Shown here in pieces: positions 57,328 to 64,000 of a DNA stretch of 64,000 nucleotides (its first letter is position 1; every line of letters starts with the position of its first letter). The stretch comes from Spirochaetota bacterium (GTDB lineage: Bacteria > Spirochaetota > UBA6919 > CBDBPB01). The notes under the pieces were generated by a model, which saw only the letters and a program-made list of their open reading frames with translations, ran no database searches and had not been told where the DNA came from. The stretch spans positions 288,001-352,000 of the forward strand of contig CBDBPB010000001.1 of assembly GCA_965208615.1 (NCBI GenBank), given 5' to 3'. A program made the translations under genes and the position numbers.

Positions 57328-58077
57328 GTGAGGAAAAAAGTGAATAAATGTTTAATCTTTGATGTTTGGGGAGACTATGCTCACTTCAGAAAGTTTTATA
57401 CGACTTCTTCACCTATAACATTACCATTTCCTCCTAAGGCAACAATTGTTGGAATGATATCTGCTATTATAGGTTTAGATAAGGATATTTATCTTAAATC
57501 TTTTTCAAAAGAAGATTATCATATAGCTTTAGGAATTATTAATCCTATAAAAACATCATTTATTATGGAAAATTGGCTTGATGTTAAAAGATGGAGCTAT
57601 GAATTACGCACTAAAGAAATATTAGGTAAAAAACAACCTAAGCAACGAATATTAGCTCACACTCAAATAAAAATAGAGTGGGTTAAAGACCCTAAATATC
57701 GAATATATTTTTATCACAAAGATAATGATATACAAAACAACTTAAAACAGCATTTAAAGAACCATACATCATTCTATACCGTTACTCTAGGGGCCAGTGA
57801 GAACTTAGCTAATTTTAACTATATAGATGAACAAGACTTCCAACTGTCAGATACTGAACTAACCAGCATTAGGTCTGTTATTAGAAAAGAGCATCTTAAA
57901 GAAATTGACTGGTCTAATCCTCAAGAAATTAAGATACTAAACTATCCAATAGATATGACTGAAAATAGAATAACAGAATGCTATGACGAGTATCTTTACG
58001 AAAATAATGGAAACTCCATTAAGGCAAAACTTTATAAGGCAATGAGGATTAATGATTATGTCATCTGCCCTATGTAA
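57328..58077 (+). CDS. cas5: Type I-B Cas5
   Basis: FDVWGDYAHFRK.YTTSSP.T..FPP..T..G.I.AI.G, P.YRIY, Y...LG. Confidence 0.95.
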   Translation: MRKKVNKCLIFDVWGDYAHFRKFYTTSSPITLPFPPKATIVGMISAIIGLDKDIYLKSFSKEDYHIALGIINPIKTSFIMENWLDVKRWSYELRTKEILGKKQPKQRILAHTQIKIEWVKDPKYRIYFYHKDNDIQNNLKQHLKNHTSFYTVTLGASENLANFNYIDEQDFQLSDTELTSIRSVIRKEHLKEIDWSNPQEIKILNYPIDMTENRITECYDEYLYENNGNSIKAKLYKAMRINDYVICPM

Positions 58078-60495
58078 TCCAAAAGAGTTAAGCCTTTACT
58101 CTCATCCTAATAAGAAGTTATTTGATCATCTATTAAGAGGGTTTAATCACATTAAAGATCAAATAGATCGCTCTAAACTTTCATTTGATAAATATAATGC
58201 TGATGATATTAAATTAGCCTCTAAAATAGCCTATATATTCCATGACTTTGCTAAGTCTACACCTTTTTTTCAAGATTATATGAAAGAGATTATGGAAAAA
58301 GGTGAGTCTAAAAATCGTTCTAAAAATAAGAGTCACTCTCATTTATCAGCTATTGTAGGCTATTCTGTTGGAATAAAGGTCTTAAAATGTGAAGTGCTTG
58401 CTGTTCTAGTCTATGCCTCAATTAAATTACATCACTCAAATATTAAAGATTTTGATAAAGTCTTAATCATTTCAGACGAGGATAAAAACCTTTTAGAGAA
58501 ACAATTTCTATCCTTAAAAAAGTACTCAAAAGAAATTAATTGTACGTTCCAAACTCTTTTGGAGAAGGCTAACATAGACTATACATTTGATATGGAATAT
58601 ACTAAGGAGTCTTTTGGAGATTTGTGGAACCTTAAAAAAACTCTTCGTAAAAATAAAAAGGCTCTTTGTAATAAAGAAAAGCACACAAACGATATTAAAG
58701 AAATTGAGCCTTATTTAACCCTCTTATTTATATTTTCTTCTATAATTTATGGGGATAAGTCAGAAGCTATTTTAAAGCAAGATATTGATAAGACTAAGTT
58801 AGGAAGGTCTCCTTGGCGTTTCGACATAGTGAATAATTATATAACAAATCTTTCAAATAATTCCCCTATAAATAAGATTCGCAAGGATATCTATCAAGAT
58901 GCTTTAAATAATATTGAAACACTAGATTTAAAAAATAATAAGATTCTTACTTTAACTGTTCCAACAGGTGGGGGTAAAACATTAACATCGTTAGCTATTG
59001 CTACAAAAATCAATGAAATATTAAAAAAGAATGGAAAAATTATCTATTCTCTTCCCTTTACTTCTCTCATAGAGCAAAACCAAAATGTTTTAAAGATATT
59101 TTGAAAAACAATCAAATTAGCCAAGATGATAAAAATATACTAACCCATCACTATCTTAGTGATAGAGAGTTTAATGACTTTTCAGAAGATAATTATAATT
59201 TTGATATTGATAAATCTTCTCATCTTATCGAAACCTGGAATAGTCATTTAGTAATTACTACTTTTATTCAATTTTGTAATAGTGTTTTTAATAATCGTAA
59301 TAAAAATCTCAAGCGATTTCTCCAATTGAGAGATAGTATTATAATTTTAGATGAAATTCAATGTTTTCCTACAAAATATCATAAGATATTCTCTAAAGTA
59401 ATTCAATGTCTTAGTCAATGTTTTAATATCCATTTTATTTTAATGACTGCCACTCAGCCTTATATTTTTGAACAGGGCATATCAAAAGAAATATTACCAT
59501 GTTCCAAAAGGTATTTCACTCAGTTTAATCGTACTAAATTAATCTACTCAGATAAGAAAGTTAAAATATGTGATTTAAATAATAACATGTTTAAACAGTG
59601 GGAACTGCAAAACAATAGTTTTCTTATTGTGATGAATACTATTAGCTCATCCATTAAGCTGTTTAATGAGCTTAAAGCTAAACTAGAAAGACATATCCCC
59701 TTTTATCTTTCAACTAATATTATCCCCAAAGAACGACAGCACCGAATAAAAGAAATTAAAAGACTTTTGAAAAGTAAAAAAAATATTTTTGTTGTAAGTA
59801 CACAATTAATTGAGGCAGGAGTTGATCTTGATTTCCCTTTGGTTATAAGAGATTTTGCACCTCTTGATAGCATTAATCAAATTGCTGGAAGGTGTAATAG
59901 AAATGGCCTTAATGAAGGTAAACCTGTTTACGTTATTGAGCTACAAGATGATAACAATAAAAGCTTTGCAAATTATGTATATGATAACATATTGTTACAC
60001 ATTACCAAAAATATACTTAAACCAGAAATTAAAGAAAATGAGCTTTATAGTTTTGCTAAAACATATTTTGATGATGTTAACAAAAAACGTAGTCAAGACT
60101 TTATAGACCTGTGGCAATCTTTTTGTAGATTAAGCTTTGAAAAAGCATATAGTAGTGTAAATGGGAATAGCGGAGGCCTTAATCTCATTGAAAACCTGCC
60201 AAATTATGTTAATGTCTTTGTAGAAATTGATGAAGAGGCTAAAATAGTTTGGGAGAAATATGATAATAACATATTATCAAATAAAAAGCTTAATAACATT
60301 GAAAAAAGAACAAAATATAAACAGATTGTAAACGAACTTAATAAGTATATCGTTAATACACCTTTGAAAATTGCTGATAAGTTTGTAGAAGTTTATGATA
60401 AGTCGCTATACAAAATTGATTATGAAAGTATAGAGCATTACTATAATATGGAAACAGGTGTAAAACGTGGAGAAGAAGATATTTATGTCATCTAA
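58052..60495 (+). CDS. cas3: Cas3 HD nuclease-helicase, interrupted by a 1-nt deletion at 59088-59091 (ORFs 58052..59104 and 59101..60495)
   Basis: SHP...L.DH, HDFAK, HH, VPTGGGKT, LPFTSLIEQ in part 1; DEIQ, MTAT, STQLIEAGVD, Q.AGRCNR in part 2; adding one T gives QNQNVFKDILKN. Confidence 0.9.
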
Positions 60496-60701
60496 CATAG
60501 ATCGTTTTTTACATCTGGATGAATATGAACGCTCAAAGACTATTAAATTATTAATATCTAAAAAAGAAAATTATGCTATCCTTGATTTTCCTATAATTTT
60601 AAGAAATTGAAAATGATAAATTTTGTCAATTTGCAGTCAAGATTTTACCATTAAGAATAAGATAGCTTTTAAAAAAATACCCAGTATACACTTATATAAA
60701 A

Positions 60702-63596
60702 CTATACTACTATAGCGTTATATAATATCTCAACCAAGTGTAGAGCTTTAAACCTTGTACCATCCATAATTTGATGTCTGCAACTAGTGCCATTAGCACA
60801 TATAATAGCCCTATCTGCTCCCCTTAAACTAGGGAATAATACTAACTCCCCTATCTTCATTGATAAATCATAATGCTCATCTTCATAACCAAAAAAACCA
60901 GCCATACCACAACATCCAGATGGTATTTCCCTTACACTATAACCAATAAAAGATAATATATCCCTGCTGGCACCTAAAAAACCAATAGCCTTCTGATAAC
61001 AATGGGTATGCACCAAAACTATACCCCTAGATTTATTAGAAAAAATATTCTTAGGTATACGCTCACTTTCTATTTCACGGGCTAAAAACTCGTCTATCGT
61101 AAAAGTACAACTTGATAAAACCTTTGCACTATCAACTAAATCCCTATCCACAAGATCAATGTACTCATCCCTAAGTGTCAAAATGGCTGACGGCTCAATA
61201 CCCAAAATAGGCTCAGAAAGCGATACACAGTCTTTTAACATCTGAACATTCCTATTAGCCCTCCTCTTAGCCCTCCTTAAAAGCCCCTTGGATAATAATG
61301 AACGTCCACTATCAACATGCTTAGGCGTTCTAATATAATAACCCAGCTTGTTCAAAACTAAAATTGCCTTAATACCAATATCTACATCAATATAATTAGT
61401 AAACTCATCCACAAAAAGATTGACCGTATCAACCCTATCACCTATAGAGCCATTAATACTACTTAGATTCTTCCTAAGCCATGCCCTTAGAGTGGTTTTT
61501 TGTACTTTAGGTATTTCCCTTTTGGCACTCAGCTTTAAGACCCGCTTTAAAACTCCAAACCCTAAACCATAGTTGAATAACCTCGGATAAATAGACCCAA
61601 TTTTATACATAATAGGCAAATAAGCAAGTAATAACTCCCTAAAAGGTAAACCATTCTCATCATAATGCTTTTGTAAATATTCAGCCTTTAACTTTGTCAT
61701 GTCCACATTAGACGGACACTCAGCCTTACACCCCTTGCACGAAAGACAATAATCAAGAATATTATAAGCCTCTAAATAACTAAATGGACTAATCTTACGA
61801 CTAATTGCCTCCCTCAGTATGTTAGCCCTTGCCCTAGTTGTAAAAAACTCATCCCTATGAGCCATGTAACTGGGACACATAATACCTATATTTATCTTAC
61901 GACAGGCTCCTACACCATTACACTTCTCTATCATCCCCAGCATGCCATTAGAACTTGAAAAATCAAAAATAGTATTTATCTCATTGGCTTTTTCTCCCAA
62001 GTCATACCTAAGACTGGATGACATCAAAACACTGTTAACTATCTTACCCCTGTTAAACAAGTTAAACGGATCCCATGTATGCTTTATCTGCCTTAGTAAA
62101 TCGTAATTATGCTCTCCAATAAGCAAAGGAATAAATTCACCCCTTGACCTACCATCCCCATGTTCACCGCTAATCGATCCCCTATACTTCTTAACAAGCT
62201 TGGCAGTCTCTAAGGCAATGTCCCTAAAAGCCTTACGATCACTACTATCCCTTAGATTAAGTACAGGCCTTATATGCAACTCCCCAACGGAAATGTGAGC
62301 GTAATAAACACAGGATAAATTATATCTATCAAGAAGTAATTGAAAATCCCTAAGATACTGTTCCAGTGCATATACACTAACAGAAGTGTCCTCCACAAAG
62401 GCTATGGGCTTAGCATCACCAGGTATATTAGCTAATACACCAAGTCCAGCTTTACGAAGCTCCCAAGCCTTTTGGATGTCATCACCAAACAATATTGGAA
62501 AATGATAACCTAAATTAGCCTTCCTCATTCTATTTTCAAGGGTATCCCTCATACTAAATAATTCTTCTTCTGTGTCAAAGGCAAACTCCACCATAAGCAT
62601 AGCCCCAGGGTCACCCTTAACAAAAAAACGATTCTTAGACTGCTCAATATTATCCTTAGTAAGGTCCAAAATAGCCTTATCCATAAGCTCAACAGCCTGT
62701 GGATCATATTTTAATGCAATTAAATTAGCCCTTATCGCATCCATAACAGAATCTAGGTGTACGCAAATAAGACCCGCCTTCCTATACAGAATAGGTAAAA
62801 TATTAAGCTTAATCTCAGTCGTAAAAGCTAATGTACCCTCTGATCCAGTCAGCAACTTAGCCATATTAAATCTAACATTACTATCACTAAAAACCTCTGT
62901 GTCAGCTAAAACGTCTATAGCATAACCAGTATTCCGTCTCAGTACTGCCTTATCTGGATACTCTTTATCTATCTCTTTTCTATTCACCGGATTAGATAAT
63001 ATATCCCTTATGTTCCTGTATATATCACCCTCTAATGACTTATCCCCGCACCTACTGCTAAACTCAGAAGGACTTATATCCCCAAACTCAGCCTCAGAAC
63101 CGTTACTAAGTATAACCCTTAATGAAAGAATATGATCCCTTGTAGTTTTATAAACTATAGAATGAAGTCCAGCAGAATTATTACCAACCATCCCACCTAT
63201 CATACAGCGGTTAGAAGTGGATGTCTCAGGTCCAAAAAAGAAACCATAACCCTTAAGATAACTATTAAGCTCATCAAGTATAACTCCAGGCTCAACCCTA
63301 ATCCAGGACTCCTCTTTGTTGATCTCAAGTATCCTATTCATGTTGGACACATCAACAACAATACCAGAACCAACAACTTGACCTGCTAAAGAGGTACCAG
63401 CAGTTCTGGGAATTATAGTTAACCCATTATCCTTAGCAAAATTAATAATCTTTATTATGTCATTCTTAGTCTTAGGCAGGCAAACAGCAAAAGGTAGCTC
63501 CCTGTAAACTGAGGCATCAGTTGCATAAAGTAAACGATAAGCCTCATCAGTAAGAAGTGTACCATCCAATGAGGCTCTTAAGCTTTTTATGTCCAT
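60702..63596 (-). CDS. FAD-binding/(Fe-S)-binding oxidoreductase (YdiJ/GlcD-GlcF fusion family)
   Basis: YATDAS, PRTAGTSLAGQ, GGMVGNNSAG, GSEGTL, SGEHGDG, CNGVGAC, CLSCKGC..ECP, CCGMAG. Confidence 0.92.
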   Translation of the reverse strand: MDIKSLRASLDGTLLTDEAYRLLYATDASVYRELPFAVCLPKTKNDIIKIINFAKDNGLTIIPRTAGTSLAGQVVGSGIVVDVSNMNRILEINKEESWIRVEPGVILDELNSYLKGYGFFFGPETSTSNRCMIGGMVGNNSAGLHSIVYKTTRDHILSLRVILSNGSEAEFGDISPSEFSSRCGDKSLEGDIYRNIRDILSNPVNRKEIDKEYPDKAVLRRNTGYAIDVLADTEVFSDSNVRFNMAKLLTGSEGTLAFTTEIKLNILPILYRKAGLICVHLDSVMDAIRANLIALKYDPQAVELMDKAILDLTKDNIEQSKNRFFVKGDPGAMLMVEFAFDTEEELFSMRDTLENRMRKANLGYHFPILFGDDIQKAWELRKAGLGVLANIPGDAKPIAFVEDTSVSVYALEQYLRDFQLLLDRYNLSCVYYAHISVGELHIRPVLNLRDSSDRKAFRDIALETAKLVKKYRGSISGEHGDGRSRGEFIPLLIGEHNYDLLRQIKHTWDPFNLFNRGKIVNSVLMSSSLRYDLGEKANEINTIFDFSSSNGMLGMIEKCNGVGACRKINIGIMCPSYMAHRDEFFTTRARANILREAISRKISPFSYLEAYNILDYCLSCKGCKAECPSNVDMTKLKAEYLQKHYDENGLPFRELLLAYLPIMYKIGSIYPRLFNYGLGFGVLKRVLKLSAKREIPKVQKTTLRAWLRKNLSSINGSIGDRVDTVNLFVDEFTNYIDVDIGIKAILVLNKLGYYIRTPKHVDSGRSLLSKGLLRRAKRRANRNVQMLKDCVSLSEPILGIEPSAILTLRDEYIDLVDRDLVDSAKVLSSCTFTIDEFLAREIESERIPKNIFSNKSRGIVLVHTHCYQKAIGFLGASRDILSFIGYSVREIPSGCCGMAGFFGYEDEHYDLSMKIGELVLFPSLRGADRAIICANGTSCRHQIMDGTRFKALHLVEILYNAIVV

Positions 63597-63641
63597 AGTT
63601 AATAATGCTAAAACAGCCTTTAATTAACAAAATATTATACA

Positions 63642-64000
63642 CTAAGCAATAGCCTTTCTCACCCTAACCTTCTGCATAAAATAAACTAAAACTAAAAGCC
63701 CTACACCAATTGCAGTTGTTATTAGAGTAGGCCAGAATAATAACACAGTAGTGGGTAGCATTATAGCCCACTCATACCACTTTGTTTTCTCAATAAAATA
63801 AAGCATGGTCAACGACGAAAAGGCAACAGTACCAATAATGCAAGATATAAAAGCAACTAAAATCTCATATACACTGCCGTCAAGTAAAATAGCAGGTACA
63901 TAAGCAAATAAAATAGGCATTACATAAAGCATTTTTGCAAACTTAAATGAAGTCCATCCAGTCTTCCAAGGATCAGCTCCAGCAATAGCAGCCCCCGCAT
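63642..64000 (-). CDS. TRAP transporter fused (4TM/12TM) permease, C-terminal part; gene runs beyond the window
   Basis: AGAAIAGADPWKTGWTSFKFAK..YVMP.LFAY.P. Confidence 0.8.
   Translation of the reverse strand, partial: AGAAIAGADPWKTGWTSFKFAKMLYVMPILFAYVPAILLDGSVYEILVAFISCIIGTVAFSSLTMLYFIEKTKWYEWAIMLPTTVLLFWPTLITTAIGVGLLVLVYFMQKVRVRKAIA

Noticed and set aside
58052-60495. Natural split into cas3'' (HD) and cas3' (helicase) genes
   Set aside because: The break lies within the helicase after Walker A, and the second ORF starts at TTG without an RBS
2008-63389. Short ORFs antisense or out of frame inside longer genes (e.g. 2008, 2374, 2587, 3344, 6242, 8477, 10952, 13668-15630 set, 17488, 22667, 23893-25149 set, 29194, 29932, 33618, 39180, 39695, 41166, 41188, 45591, 46454, 52029, 52863, 56594, 59855, 62572, 63132)
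   Set aside because: Shadow ORFs of well-supported genes, with no recognisable motifs
1-64000. tRNA, rRNA, IS elements or prophage
   Set aside because: No cloverleaf, rRNA-like GC-rich block, transposase, integrase or phage structural gene recognised by eye; a covariance-model scan was not possible

Overview
AT-rich (roughly 30% GC by eye) bacterial chromosomal window, most likely from a Spirochaetota member. This is an inference from a FlaA-like protein, a Borrelia PF49-like protein, a spirochete-type OmpA and a sigma54-driven RpoS-like sigma factor. Main blocks: (i) housekeeping and signalling genes (HDOD, DUF1848, MgtC, holB, apbE, P-II, NAD kinase); (ii) a 14-kb cluster with TWO complete, differently fused sets of split glutamate-synthase domains, one canonical and one with a rewired FMN active site, interrupted by three unrelated genes; (iii) system II cytochrome c biogenesis plus soeABC sulfite:quinone oxidoreductase; (iv) acpP, sigma factor, gmk, GAF-GAF-HD-GYP, argG; (v) a type I-B CRISPR-Cas locus with cas6, a 7-repeat array, cas8b/cas11, cas7, cas5 and a frameshifted cas3, but no cas1/2/4. 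Its array-cas8 intergenic region carries a duplicated promoter, a hairpin, a degenerate repeat fused to the cas8 RBS and two candidate self-guides, and one spacer reads as a leucine-rich-repeat motif. Several single-base frameshifts fall in homopolymers and may be assembly errors. All family calls come from motif recognition by eye, not database searches.
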